This document shows, in pieces, positions 48,639 through 63,990 of a stretch of DNA of 64,000 bases. The notes beneath the pieces were generated by a model. The model worked only from the letters and a program-made list of their open reading frames with translations, had not been told where the DNA came from and searched no databases. Numbering within the stretch: the stretch's first letter is position 1; each line of letters starts with the position of its first letter. Made by a program: the position numbers and the translations under genes. This stretch comes from Mizuhopecten yessoensis (Eukaryota). The stretch is taken from positions 2,147,402 through 2,211,401 of the forward strand of contig NW_018407435.1 of NCBI RefSeq assembly GCF_002113885.1, read 5' to 3'.

Positions 48639-51600
48639 GTGACCTTAACAAAGCCAGATCGAGGCTGGGCTTGGGTGGTACTAGGAGCCTCGTTTGGAGC
48701 TATGGTTGTCAATGGTTGTCTAGGACAGGGAATTGGGGTTGTTCACCTCGCTCTACTTGAGAATTTCAACGAGAACAACATGCGCACTTCACTGGCTGGC
48801 TCCTTGTTCGCGGCGACGCAGTCATGCGGAGGTCAGTACAAATACGCTAAAAGGTGTTTTATATGAACTATTCACTCCATCACCAGAAACAGTTTTGTCA
48901 AAGTAGCTTCAACAAACATGATTATATAAGCAATAAAACAAAACACAGTTATAGTTTACACTTTAACTGAATCTTTATTTCCAGTGCAGTGCAGCACAAT
49001 ACAGTAACAACTTGTCAACCACAATATCGAGATCAATACAGAGAACAAAAACAAACCAGTTTCAAAACACAGAAAAACATATTCAAGAGCCTGGACACAT
49101 GAAGGCAAAATATACCACAGTATCAACACACCAGGGTTAAGTATTTCATAGCGCCAAAACAAAAGGGCAAACTATACCAAAGCGTCAAATAACAAGGGCA
49201 AACTATATCACAGGGTCAACTCACAAGGGCAAAACAAACCACAGCGTTAAATAATAAGGAAAATTAAACCACAGTGTCAACACACAAGGAAAAGATATAC
49301 CAGAGTGTCAACAAACACAAAAACAGAGTATCAACACACAAGCCCAAATATACCACAGTGTCAACACACAAGACCAAATATACCACACAAAAAACAGTGT
49401 ATCAACACAAAAGACCAAATATACCACAGTTTCAGCACACAAGACCAAATATACCACAGTGTCAACACACAAGCCCAAATATACCACAGTGTCAACACAC
49501 AAGCCCAAATATACCACAGTGTCAACACACAAGACCAAATATGCCACAGTGTCAACACACAAGACCAAATATACCACAGTTTCAGCCCACAAGACCAAAT
49601 ATACCACAGTGTCAACACACAAGACAAAATATACCACAGTGTCAACACACAAGACCAAATATGCCACAGTGTCAACACACAAGACCAAATATACCACGGT
49701 GTCAACACACAAGACCAAATATACCACAGTGTCAACACACAAAAAACAGAGTATCAACAAACAAAAACAAAATATACCACAGTGTCAACACACACAAAAA
49801 CAGAGTATCAACACACAAGACCAAATATACCACAGTGTCAACACACAAGACCAAATATACCACAGTGTCAACACACAAGACCAAATATACCACAGTGTCA
49901 ACACACAAGACCAAATATACCACAGTGTCAACACACAAGACCAAATATACCACAGTGTCAACACACAAGACCAAATATACCACAGTGTCAACACACAAGA
50001 CCAAATATACCACAGTGTCAACACACAAGACCAAATATACCACAGTGTCAACACACAAGACCAAATATACCACAGTGTCAACACACAAGACCAAATATAC
50101 CACAGTGTCAACACACAAGACCAAATATACCACAGTGTCAACACACAAGACCAAATATACCACAGTGTCAACACACAAGACCAAATATACCACAGTGTCA
50201 ACACACAAGACCAAATATACCACAGTGTCAACACACAAGACCAAATATACCACAGTGTCAACACACAAGACCAAATATACCACAGTGTCAACACACAAGA
50301 CCAAATATACCACAGTGTCAACACACAAGACCAAATATACCACAGTGTCAACACACAAGACCAAATATACCACAGTGTCAACACACAAGACCAAATATAC
50401 CACAGTGTCAACACACAAGACCAAATATACCACAGTGTCAACACACAAGACCAAATATACCACAGTGTCAACACACAAGACCAAATATACCACAGTGTCA
50501 ACACACAAGACCAAATATACCACAGTGTCAACACACAAGACCAAATATACCACAGTGTCAACACACAAGACCAAATATACCACAGTGTCAACACACAAGA
50601 CCAAATATACCACAGTGTCAACACACAAGACCAAATATACCACAGTGTCAACACACAAGACCAAATATACCACAATGTCAACACACAAAAAACAGAGTAT
50701 CAACAAACAAAAACAAAATGTACCACAGTGTCAACACACACAAAAACAGAGTATCAACACACAAGACCAAATATCCCACAGTGTCAACACACAAGACCAA
50801 ATATACCAAAGTGTCAACACACAAGACCAAATATACCACAGTTTCAACACACAAGACCAAATATACCACAGTGTCAAAACACAAGACCAAATATACCACA
50901 GTGTCAACACACACAAAAACAGAGTATCAACACACCAGACCAAATATACCACAGTGTCAACACACAAGACCGAATATACCACAGTGTCAACACACAAGAC
51001 CAAATATACCACAGTTTCAGCAACCAAGACCAAATATACCACAGTGTCAACACACAAAAAACAGAGTATCAACAAACAAAAACAAAATATACCACAGTGT
51101 CAACACACACAAAAACAGAGTATCAACACACAAGACCAAATATACCACAGTGTCAACACTCAAGATCAAATATACTACAGTGTCAACACACAAAAAACAG
51201 TGTATCAACACACAAAACCAAATATACCACAGTATCAACACACAAGACCAAATATACCACAGTGTCAACACACAAGACCAAATATACCACAGTGTCAACA
51301 CACAAGACCAAATATACCACAGTGTCAACACACAAAGGCAGAATATAGAATGTTTCGAAAGACAATAATAACTGATAAATAAACAATGAAAAAAACTCAT
51401 ATAGAAATATAATAACATAGGGAACACTAGATAAACTAGATAATCCAGAAAGGTATGAGCTGAGTGTAGGGTGTAGCGTATGTGCGGCATACTAAAGACA
51501 CCAAAACATTGATCCTGGTAGGCACTGATATCTTCCATTTTATTTAACATGTTCTAATTGTAACGCACACGGTTCCAGCTGAGTGACCTTGTCGACTGTT

Positions 51601-54600
51601 TACAGGTGTGTTTGCTGGCCTTGTCCTCAAGAAGTACAGTTGCCGAGTAGCAACCATAGCAGGGTCATTGGTAATGACCGCGGGGTTCGTTTGCTGTGCC
51701 TTTCTGGATTCTCTAGACTTAGTCATACTGTTTTACGGAGGAATAGCGGGTACGATTTGTGACTTTATTACAGCATATCCATTACTGTACTTTGGAGTTT
51801 TTTGCAGTCAATTGCCTGGTTTAATTTTGGCACGTCAAACTTTTACGATTTCCGTTTGTTGAATATCGGTGCATTCAGATGATAACAGTTTCGAAGAGTA
51901 AATATATTGGTTTCGGTAGGTAACATTCAAGTTTTCATATAACAAGACAGACTTGGAAGAATTAGCATCAAGTCACGTTCCGGTAAGTTAATGGTTATAT
52001 ATTTCGTCATAGTTTAAAATTGCTGTAAACTTAATGAAAAGGAACACGTCCCACAATATCTAGGTAATGCAACAATATCTTTATGGCATTGTGATATTTT
52101 GGGTCAATAAATCCAGGGCCAACAAACAAAACAAAAAATCTAAAATACTCCAAGATACAGTATACAAGTACAGATAGAGCAGACGTTCACTTACATGTTC
52201 CCAATATGGATTCATTTGGCCGTACCGTTTCTTGATTATATTATGACTTGTTGAAATCAAGAGAAAGTGCGTTGAAACCTCCTGTCTATTTATGAATTGC
52301 CGAAGACTAAATACCGTTTCGAAGAATGTGCATTCACATTGAATAACTTCTATTCTGCTTAACGTATGCTGCATTCACGATAGTATGGTATGAAGACCTG
52401 TCCACATGACAATAGGTGTAAGGCCCAAGTATCGTGCAGCCGATGATACTGACAAAAGAACAGATAGGTTGATCAGATATCTGCTTACTTTGTAGGCATC
52501 GGCGCAGGTTTGACTTATACGACGGGCATTGTCGTGATTGGGTTCAACTTTGAGGAGAAGCTCAACCTGGCGAGTGGGGTAGCTCTGTCTGGAGTAGGCA
52601 TGGGAGTGCTGGGACTCTCGCCGGTCATTCAGGAAATGAGGGAAATATTTGGAAACAAGGGTTTCTTTTTCATCCTGGCTGGAATTTCTGCCCATATTTG
52701 TATATTTGGAACATTATACTTCCCATCACAATTAGAGAAAAGCAATAAAGCTACTAGAATTCAGGATATGGATTATGTGACCAATTCGGATGAGATTTGG
52801 ACAACCAGTCGAGATAATGACGTAGCATCCAGATCTCCCCAAAGAGCAGATGGCAGAACAGCTCGTCATAATCGGGAAAATCAATCCATAACTAAAATAT
52901 CTAGTGTATTCAGAAATACTCCATTGGTCATGTTATGCTTTAGTCTTTTCTTTGCCCAGTTTGGAATGTTCATAATGTTTATCAATTTGCCGAACTATGC
53001 AGTCCTGACAGGTGCTGCGCCCCTCCAAGGCGCGTTCCTTATCTCCGTGTCTGGTATATGTTCAATGACGGCGAGAATTCTCACTGGTCTGGCAACAAGT
53101 GGGAACGAGGTGGACGTCGCACTGATGCTGTTCGGAACAGTCTCAGTGATGGGTATATCAACTATTTGTTTCCCCCTCTACGGACACTATTACGAGGGAC
53201 AAGTCCTGTATGCTGTATTTTTGGGTTTATACAGTGGGAGTTGCTTCCAGTTGTTGAATGGACTGAGTTTACGACTGGTTGGGCTGCGACATCTGGATAC
53301 GGCGGTGAGCATTGAGATGTTTGCCGTTGGTCTAGGTATATTATCTGGTCCTCCATGTGCAGGTGAGTTTGTTTATAATTACGGTTAACCATAAAAATTG
53401 TATTCTATATACACAGTAGTTGTAAATTATTTTGGAGTGTATTCTGTTAAGAGTACTACAAAAAACAAGATCAAATTTAATCAGTTCCTGTGACCCTGTT
53501 CTAGCCGATTTTTTTGCATAGGAAGCTAAATGTATTGATGAGCTTATCAGCACTAGTAACAAAACCCTGCCCAAGTCCTTCAATTTCATATTTAGACAAA
53601 TTGCCGATGTGCTGTTTTGAATAACAAGATATTTATCGACCACATTGTATATATCCTCCAGAGGGGATTCCCAATTCATACTAACTTAAGACGTCGCGTT
53701 AACAATACATTGACCCCCGAAATCTCAACATTACCGATAGAGAAAGCCCTCGGGAAAACCTTCTGTTTGGCAACTTAAGAATCCTGCCCCTCCGGAGGAA
53801 ATTCCCCATCTCAACATCAAGGGGAGGTAAGAAACACAAGTATGAAAAAAATGTAACAGCTTTAAGAAAAAAATGAAAATACCTCTTCTACCTACCAGAG
53901 AGCTTACATTAGTTACGAAGTTAAGTTCTTCCGTTAAATTCCGGATCTTTCACCAAGTGGGGGAAAATGTGAAAATCTGAAATAATGATTTTTGCATTGC
54001 AACATTGTAAGAATCGTATTGTTATTGATACTGTGTGTGATCTAACACAATACACAGTGTTGTCCTTGCAACAAATAAGTCTTAGCTTTCACATTTCGCA
54101 AATTAATGTTACTATTGTGTAAAATGACGTTTTGTGTATTTTTATTGCACTGCTCTCTTTGTTTTCAGGGTTTTTCAACTTTCCTGTGATTATCTTATGA
54201 AACGTAATGCTCTTATTAAATAGCTACAGGTAACATAAGGGACACTTACAAGTAATAGCTTTCTGAAAACACCGAGTTAAATTACAAAAAGGATAAAGAG
54301 TGACGTACCTGTCATTTATTACTCTGGTTAAACGCATGAAGGAAGTTATTACGGTAACTTGATCAGTATAAACGTATCAACATTGTGACATTTTAATGTT
54401 TTCATTATTTTTTTCTATACGATAGGACTGTTTCTCGACAATGGTGGGACGTATGACCAGTGTTTCATTGTCACAGGTATTGTACTATACTGCAAACAAA
54501 ATTCTCCCATGTGTGTGTATGAACAGAATTGATTTAAGTAGAAGGTGTCAACAACAATCTCTATTGTGTACATGTTTTCTAAAGGGATGCAAGTAAAAGA

Positions 54601-56476
54601 GGAAGGTTAAGCTTTCAATTTGAAAAGAGGCATGCACTTTTTCGTTTGTTTAGAAGAAACAAAATATGACAGTGATTTGAAATAAATAAGATCTAAATAA
54701 AAATAAAAAAAAGTGTAATAAATGTCATTGTCGCCGAGTTAAATAGGCGAATTTGTTTATATTAAATATAACAATTCACGTATGTGATATTCATATATTT
54801 TAGTTTTAAAATATCCATTAAATTTGTAATGCATTGTATAACAAGTATTAGGTAGGTCAAATGAAATGTATATTGTAAAGTCCTACCGCTTAGCTTAATA
54901 TTTCGTTTTAGTATCCCTCATTAATTTTTGAAGTATTTAACATTTCTAAGAAAGTGTTTCCCTTAATTTGTAATAAATTAATCATTAGTTTATCATTAGT
55001 TCACTTTTTGCGAATTTATAATTTGGCACAAATACAAACAAGAAGTCTTCATAACTACATTTAATTGCAAATGAAGGAAATGAATATTTCATTTCCATTT
55101 CGTATCAATATTTGAGTGTGACTTTCACCCTTTTCACCTGGTAGGGTTAACGTTGTATCTCTCAATAAAACATACCAGAAAATATCATTTACTTATTGTA
55201 TTGTAGAATAAAGATTCATTGGAATCTGCTTTTACTTAACTACACTGTATATATTGTGTTAACTTAATACTAGTGTTAGTTTAGTTTTATTAGTTTGATC
55301 TCGATGATACAGCTTATCTTATAGATACATTTGCTGAAGACATTTCATTTATCTCTTTTGTTATTTACATCAAGCGCACGTTTTCACAGATTACATTTCT
55401 TGTGCTTACAACTTTGCTTAACTTCACTAACTCATTTGCTGTGTCGTTATCAGATACTTGATATATGTTATGCCATTGTTGCTAAATCATTATATAATGC
55501 TGTTGTATCCAATAATTATTTCAATAAATCTACTTGGTTGCTGAAGTAAGATACCCTTTTTTGTTCCTGAAGGTTGTTTAGATTATCTACCTATTGTATG
55601 TTGATCCACAGGATTGTACTGTGTTTAATATGTACTAGTAACAATATTTGTACAATTCGTATCTATGTATATATATATATACATTGTGATCCAGGTACTC
55701 GTATCACCAAAAGACGATTTGTCACTATGACCATGTCCAGAGTATGGGGCTGTTGACCAGCAACATCGGAACATTCTATTTTAAAGAAGGGGAGGTGGTG
55801 GAGTGGTAACAGCTGCGTATATTTCTAGACTAGGTGATTGGTTTCAGTAGGTCGTGAGTTTGAGGCCCGGAGAGGGCACGAATCATAAAATTGTCATCCT
55901 TCGTCACTTGTTTCCATGTGATATATATATGTATCATATGAATGCCGTGTTATGCAATGTCATAAAGCCATCACATACATTAAGAGTATGTAACGTGTGT
56001 AATATAACTCCGGAAATGACGTCACAATCGAATAGGAACAATCGTTTTTGATTTTTCATATTTGCTCGCCTCAAAAATCCGAAACTTCTATAATAAATCA
56101 AATGTGAAGGAAAACTTATGACGGATTCTTTTTATCATAGAATACAACGTTAACTGTATAATTTCGACCTGAAACGAATATTTTTGACCACTTCTGAAAC
56201 GATGCAAATTGCGTCCATTTCACAATGACGTGACGTCACATTGATTGTTCCTATTCGATTGTGACGTCATTTCCGGAGTGATATTACACACGTTACTTTA
56301 ACATAATCTATGTGATGAATTTATGACACTGCATAACACGGTATTCATATGATAAATATTAATATGTATGTATGATAATAATGTTTGTTGTCGTAGGTTT
56401 CATCATATTAGGTGGAGCTTTGTTTACTATGGCCAGTGAGTTTTTCCGAACAAGACGAGGATCTTCTGAAACATAA
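48639..56476 (+). CDS. SLC16/MCT paralogue C, 444 codons; exons 48639-48831, 51606-51749, 52496-53362, 54426-54476, 56397-56476; functional status uncertain
   Basis: Same exon structure and phases as A, GT-AG introns, open frame of 1335 nt; GTG where A has ATG; TAA where A has TCA removes the C-terminal tail. Confidence 0.8.
49100..51345 (+). repeat. 30-bp satellite (about 65-70 units) in intron 1 of paralogue C
   Basis: Unit ccacagtgtcaacacacaagaccaaatata; perfect over ~49815-50670, with degenerate units from ~49100. Confidence 0.98.
55934..56352. mobile_element. 419-bp MITE with ~110-bp TIRs and TA flanks, specific to paralogue C intron 4
   Basis: ta|tcatatgaatgccgtgttatgca...ctccggaaatgacgtcacaatcgaataggaacaatc and its reverse complement ending ...attcatatga|ta; absent in B at ~40190. 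Confidence 0.9.
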
Positions 56477-56574
56477 CAGGATACCGTATATATATATATA
56501 TATAACTACAAGATATAAAGACATCACCAAGTATGAATGGATCAATTAGAGTCAACATCCGAGAATGAGTCACC

Positions 56575-56985
56575 AACTATAAAGGAGTCATCACGAACAG
56601 TTGTGACAATGACGCACCAACTATAAAGGAGTCATTACGAACAGTTGTGACAATGACTCACAAACTATAAAGGAGTCATCACGAACAGTTGTGACAATGA
56701 CTCACAAACTATAAAGGAATCAACGCGAACAGTTGTGACAATGACTCACAAACTATGAAAGAGGCAACTCCAACAGGTCAATGATTGCCAAATCATGACG
56801 GTGACTTACGACACATGGAGATTTTTTTAATTGACTCACAAACTATAAAGGAATCAACGCGAACAGTTGTGACAATGACTCACAAACTATAAAGGAATCA
56901 ACGCGAACAGTTGTGACAATGACTCACAAACTATAAAGGAATCAACGCGAACAGTTGTGACAATGACTCACAAACTATGAAAGAG
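56575..56985 (+). repeat. 44-bp minisatellite (about 8 units in two blocks) downstream of the paralogue C stop
   Basis: Same unit as 40424-42995; the unique flank gaggcaactccaacaggtcaatg is duplicated at 56761 and 56983. Confidence 0.95.
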
Positions 56986-57160
56986 GCAACTCCAACAGGT
57001 CAATGATTGCCAAATCATGACGGTGACTTACGACACATGAAGATTTTTTTAATTTGGACAAGCATTTACAAATCATCTTGTTGTCAATCCAAACCATGAC
57101 TTATAATGCCCGAAAACATGACTCAAAAACCGTGAATGTGTTAACTTGAAAAATGCCTAA

Positions 57161-60100
57161 CAGAGATTCAGAGATTTTTATTATCAATCAGGCACAGTAT
57201 TGTATGCAACAAGAGGTCATCATAAAGAACAATATTACAATGATATGGTTGAACGTAAAGCACTCATCTTACTATACAAGCGTACAATAATATAGTGGAA
57301 ACTATTACACTCCCCATACAATGATAAACACAATATTACACTGTTCATAGAACTACCATACCTTGTTATAATAGACAATATAACGCACTGCTCCTACAAT
57401 GACACTCATCATACGTGATATACAGTATTACGCTCATTTTACAATACTATTACAATGGTATGATACACAGCATATTCAGCCATACCGTACGTTCACAGTG
57501 GTATAGCAGGCGCACTGTTGCATCCATCTTACAGTACAATCCTACAATAATATTATTACAGTATCACACATATATTACTCGTACTACATGATACATGTAT
57601 TATAGATAGTATACCACACCATACAGTGCAATCATACCATGGCATAATAGTGACTATCATACTCATCATGACATATAATAGTACAAAGGTATAATAGACA
57701 GTATTACAATCCCATCATACAATACTGTAACAGACAGATACAAATAATATACAAATAACTTCAATCAGGGATATAACAAACCAACCATGATCAACAAGCT
57801 GTTAACCACACTCATTATACAATACAATTATGTTAGGTTTAACAAAATGATCAGTAATTTCTATATGTATACAAAAATTTACAGTTTGATGTGTGAAATT
57901 CACTTATTGTTTTTTAAATGTCTTTCTAGTAATTGTATGAACAGCGATAGATTTGATAATATTCTAATATTGCATATTGATATTAATCCTTGCATTTTAT
58001 GAACAGGTGGATTAGAGGTATGATAAATGGGTATGTATTTTCTACAGATTTGACTTACATAGGCATTTGAATATAAATATACTCGCTTCCAACTCGAGTA
58101 AAACAAAGCGGACAGATTCTGTCTTCACGTGATGTTCTAGACCATCGCCCAGTCTCTATTGGCGGCAGAGATATATTACTGGTTCTGAACTTACAGATAG
58201 TTATTCTATCTTTTTGTTTGAGCCTAGTTAAGTATTTTTCAAACTGAAAGAATTCAGTATACTGAATAGCAGTATACCAATGTTGTATAAATTGGTCATA
58301 CAGAATAGTTTTAAAACTAACCCTAAGGTATTTTTTATTCATAGTGCAAGTGTTTTGTTGTAACCATAATTATGTAACTTAGTCCTGTGCAATTGAATAG
58401 ATTCTTGATATATGAAATCTATTTAAAATCAGCGATATCATTTTCATGTAAATTCAGCATAAGCTTGTACATTATACTAGACAATTTACTTTCACCTGTA
58501 ATTAGTTTACACCAAAACATTAGCATTCTATATTTAATTTCAATCAATATTCAGAGGGTACCTACCCGTTTCACCATGTACCATTAAATTTCCTGTGGAA
58601 CTACGCATGTTTTTTTTTTTATTTTTTTACAAAACTGTACATGTAATTTCTCAATCATATTGGTATTTTCAAACCCCAAATTTCTGAGGAGTACTAAAAG
58701 ATTTCAATTGCATGTCAATTGGTAAAATGATATTTCTTTTTTTTATATAAGGCATACATTGCTTCTGAGTCTGTTCAACAAGTTATTTTCTTGCTTTACA
58801 GAAACTGCCATTATAATGAAACAGTAGTCCTGGAAACTAGTGACTGTCCTGTGTTTGCAACTCTTCACCAAAAAGAATAAAACGAATATTTTGTGCATTA
58901 CTTTTTCTTTTTTCAAAGATAACAACTTTAGTTTCATAAGTTTCAAAATAGTACAGTAAGTTTCAAATTCACGGAAAGCATGTAGACCTTTAGCTGTTTC
59001 TGACAAAATTGTGTCATTTGCATATAGCAGAATAAATAATTTAACAAATATACCCATGCGTTCTTGAAATAAATTATCTATATCATGGAGTTGGTCAACA
59101 TTATTTTGCATTAAAAATTCTTCTAAATCATTTAAATATATTGAGAACAAAAATGTGGAGAGATTTTCTCCTTGTTTTACCCCGACATGAAAAAATCAGT
59201 CATACCATTGCTAGCTTGTACGCAAGATTTAGTGTTTGTATACAGGTTAATTATAGCATCAAATATCTTTCCTGTAATATAATTCTTTAATAATTTCTTC
59301 CTTAAACCTACCTACCCTCCAAACAGTATCAACCTCTTTTCTGAAATCAATGAATGAACAGAATAGTTTTTTTACATTTTGAAAAGTATATAGATATTAA
59401 AGCATGAAGGACAGATATATTTTCAGTTGTAGAGTAGCCTGTCCTAAAACCAGCTTGAACCTTGGAAATTATATCAATTTCTTCTGAAAGTCTATTTAAT
59501 CTAGTGTAATATAGTAGTAAATACTTTGCCAAGACATGAGACTTATGTAATAACTCGATAGTTATCGAGATTTTTAGGGCCACCCTTTTTTGTATATGGG
59601 TTTTATTACTAAAATTGTCCATGCTTCTGGTACACAGCCAGAGTTTAATATAACATTAAAAAGTTAAACATATATAGGTAGTAGTATAGACTGTGTATTT
59701 TGGATATGCTCATTTAAGATATTATCGATACCTCTTTTCCCCCGATACCCGGCGCTTTATCATTACGAAGGTTAACTATAACCTATCTAATTTCATTTTC
59801 AGTCACATCACTATTCAGTATAATGTCATACATATTTTCATTCATATCTTGAATAATAAACTCATCCTCATCCTCATTTTCATCAGAGCTGTTAAATTTC
59901 TTGAAATATTCATATAACTCGTCCAAAGATATATCAGCATCACTGTTATCATTTTCAGATTTATTGAATGAATTTAAAATATTCCAAAAATCTTTAGGAT
60001 TTGATTTTGACGTGATTCGTATTTGATATTCAATGTAATGTCTATATGTGTTATAGCTCTTTTTAACGACCTTTTATAGTCTCTAGAGGTTTTATTCATG

Positions 60101-60835
60101 TTAACTCGGTTACTACTGGTTCTATGATTTTCATATTTATGTTTTGGATCTATAAGGGCACGCCTTTTTCTGTGACAGTCAGCTATAAACCATGGCTTAT
60201 CGTTAGCAACTTAATGTGTATTGATTGTTCTATAATTTTGTTTTAATCCGGAGGTATCGGTAGCTGAAGTTCGGAACAACTCGGAAATATAATTAACTAC
60301 ATCAATGACTTCAGATTTACTGACAGAAGTTTTGTCAGACAAAACATTAAGTGCATCATTTATATGATTTAATTTATCTACAGAACAACTTTGTACATGA
60401 TGTATTAATTCATTTTTCATTTTTCTTATCATTCTTCCATGTTATTTATCGACCTTGACCTTGGCCAACAGTCATTTGTGTTTTTCAAAATGACACTGAG
60501 AGTAACAAATAACCTACAATGCACATCGGATATTGTTGGATCAAACTCAAGAACTTCAAATTCATTTATAAAAGGGAATATCCCTGACGATACGATTAGA
60601 TAGTCAACAACACTGACGTCACCACAGTTTTTTTTACCTAAATGCTTATCTTTACCAACTCTACCATTCGCAATGTACAAATTGTTATTTGTACACAGGT
60701 CATGTAGTTTAAATCCATAGGTATTAGGTCTGAATGAGCACTGACTACATCGCTGCAGTGGAATATTAAAAACAGATAACATTTCTTAATCAAGAAAATA
60801 AGAATGTGACACATCACTATTGTCTATATCTACGA
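57161..60835 (-). mobile_element. Degenerate RTE-X-like LINE (endonuclease, RT, C-terminal Cys motif, long 3' UTR)
   Basis: SVVDYLIVS...SDVHC, QAGFRTGYST, KQGENLS, LFILLYAND, KFRTSN.SLPPIETGRW...RICPLC; 3' end aataaaatctctgaatctctg at 57161-57185, where similarity to the B flank stops. Confidence 0.85.
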
Positions 60836-60839
60836 TACC

Positions 60840-61720
60840 TGCACTTTACGGCTCGGTAATCCCAACCATACAAAATGTAAACAATCTACATCGACCCCCG
60901 CCAGACCTGATCAGTGGCAGAGTGTTCCAGCAAAGAAATCACACCGTGTAAACAACTGTTACATCATCCAATGTGTTTGATAACTTAGAGGAAAGTCATG
61001 AGGAATCTAGCCCAGCCATGACATCGACCCCAATCAAACCCCAAGCCGACGGTAAGAACGCCACTTGAAATACAAATTTTCACAAAAAAATCAGAATTCC
61101 ATACCATGCTAGACAATATAAAACCAGATATTGTCACAGGAACAGAAACACATCATCGATAGTGAGGTATTTTTTAAGTCCCTGGATATAGCCCATTTCG
61201 CCTGGACAGAAAAACGGGTGCTAGAGGTGGTGACGTTATCATTCTGGCTCGAAATGATATAATTTGTAGTACAACCATTTGTGAGTTGATTTGGGTACTG
61301 TGGTTGTAGCCTCCTTTTCCAAGCCAAATGAGCATGATAAGGTGAGTGTGGGAGAGTTTGCTAAATCATTGGACACATTAAATTAAAAAACAAACGCTGA
61401 GTGTCATACTGGGATATTGGGTGATTTAATTCCCCAAACTCACATCGAAGGATCCTATACCAAACTTGAAGGACGATTAGCCCATCACTCCCATATACCA
61501 GAGTTTATCAATATCATGGACGATCGTAACATCGTACAAATGGTAAATAAACCAACCCGCGAGGATAATATGATGGATGTTTTCATGACAAACAATCCCA
61601 CCTTGGTCTGCCGAGTGACCACACTGCCAGGGTTGTCGGATCACGATACAGTGTATGTCGGGGTAAGTCTACAAAGTAAGTCAGTCAAACAAAAACACAG
61701 GTCTATACACTTGTACAAAG
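60840..61720 (+). mobile_element. Degenerate CR1-group LINE fragment (endonuclease domain)
   Basis: TSTPIKP, LDNIKPDIVTGTET, GYSPFRLDRKTGARGG, QMVNKPTREDNMMDVFMTN, PGLSDHDTVYV. Confidence 0.85.
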
Positions 61721-63990
61721 TAAGTCAGTTAAACAAAAACCTAGGATATACACTTGTACAAAGTATGTCAGTCAAACAAAAACATAGGTTATACACTTGT
61801 ACAAAGTATGTCAGTCCAACAAAAACATAGGTATATACACTTGTACAAAGTAAGTCAGTCAAACAAAAACCTAGGTCTATACATTTGTACAAAGTAAGTC
61901 AGTCAAACAAAAACATTGGTTATACACTTGTACAAAGTAAGTCAATCAAACAAAAGCATAGGTCTATACACTTGCACAAAGTAAGTCAGTCAAACAAAAA
62001 ACATAGGTCTATACACTTGTACAAAGTAAGTCAGTCAAACAAAAACATAGGTTATACACTTGTACAAAGTAAGTCAATCAAACAGAAACCTAGGTTATAC
62101 ACTTGTACAAAGTAAGTCAGTCAAAAAAAAACATAGGTCTATACACTTGTACAAAGTAAGTCAGTCAAACAAAAACATAGGTTATACACTTGTACAAAGT
62201 AAGTCAATCAAACAGAAACCTAGGTTATACACTTGTACAAAGTAAGTCAGTCAAACAAAAACATAGGTCTATACACTTGTACAAAGTAAGTCAGTCAAAC
62301 AAAAACATAGGTTATACACTTGTACAAAGTAAGTCAATCAAACAGAAACCTAGGTTATACACTTGTACAAAGTAAGTCAGTCAAACAAAAACATAGGTCT
62401 ATACACTTGTACAAAGTAAGTCAGTCAAACAAAAACATAGGTTATACACTTGTACAAAGTAAGTCAATCAAACAAAAGCATAGGTCTATACACTTGTACA
62501 AAGTAAGTCAGTCAAAAAAAAAACATAGGTCTATACACTTGTACAAAGTAAGTCAGTCAAACAAAAACATAGGTTATACACTTGTACAGAGTATGTCAGT
62601 CCAACAAAAACATAGGTTTATACACTTGTACAAAGTAAGTCAGTCAAACAAAAACATAGGTCTATACACTTGTACAAAGTAAGTCAGTCAAACAAAAACA
62701 TAGGTTATACACTTGTACAGAGTATGTCAGTCCAACAAAAACATAGGTTTATACACTTGTACAAAGTAAGTCAGTCAAACAAAAACATAGGTCTATACAC
62801 TTGTACAAAGTAAGTCAGTCAAACAAAAACATAGGTCTATACACTTGTACAAAGTAAGTCAGTCAAACAAAAACATAGGTTATACACTTGTACAGAGTAT
62901 GTCAGTCAAACAAAAACATAGGTCTATACACTTGTACAAAGTAAGTCAGTCAAACAAAAACATAGGTTATACACTTGTACAAAGTAAGTCAATCAAACAA
63001 AAGCATAGGTCTATACACTTGTACAAAGTAAGTCAGTCAAACAAAAAACATAGGTCTATACACTTGTACAAAGTAAGTCAGTCAAACAAAAACATAAGTT
63101 ATACACTTGTACAAAGTAAGTCAATCAAACAGAAACCTAGGTTATACACTTGTACAAAGTAAGTCAGTCAAACAAAAACATAGGTCTATACACTTGTACA
63201 AAGTAAGTCAATCAAACAGAAACCTAGGTATATACACTTGTACAAAGTAAGTCAGTCAAACAAAAACATAGGTCTATACACTTGTACAAAGTAAGTCAGC
63301 CAAACAAAAACCTAGGAATATACACTTGTACAAAGTAAATTAATCAAACAAAAGCATAGGTCTATACACTTGTACAAAGTAAGTCAGTCAAACAAAAACA
63401 TAGGTCTATACACTTGTAAAAAGTAAGTCAATCAAACAGAAACCTAGGTTATACACTTGTACAAAGTAAGTCAGTCAAACAGAAACATAGATCTATACAT
63501 TTGTACAAAGTAAGTCAGTCAAACAAAAATCTAGGTCTATACACTTGTATAAAGTATGTCAGTCCAACAAAAACATAGGTATATACACTTGTACAAAGTA
63601 AGTCAGTCAAACAAAAGCATAGGTCTATACACTTGTACAAAGTAAGTCAGTCAAACAAAAATCTAGGTCTATACACTTGTATAAAGTATGTCAGTCCAAC
63701 AAAAACATAGGTATATACACTTGTACAAAGTAAGACAGTCAAACAAAAACATAGGTCTATACACTTGTACAAAGTAAGTCAGTTAAACAAAAACCTAGGT
63801 TATACACTTGTACAAAGTAAGTCAATCAAACAGAAACCTAGGTTATACACTTGTACAAAGTATGTCAGTCCAACAGAAACCTTGCCCTATACACTTGTAC
63901 AAAGTAAGTCAGTCAAACAGAAACCTAAGTTATACACTTGTACACAAGTCAGACTGGGGTAAACTTGGGGTAAGTCTGCAAAGTAAGTCA
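61670..63990 (+). repeat. 43/44-bp satellite, about 52 units, derived from the adjacent LINE ORF
   Basis: Unit acaaagtaagtcagtcaaacaaaaacatagg(tc/t)tatacacttgt; the first unit is in frame with the endonuclease ORF. Confidence 0.97.

Noticed and set aside
49274-51382. 600-700-aa ORFs in all three forward frames
   Set aside because: Artefact of a stop-free 30-bp satellite within intron 1 of paralogue C
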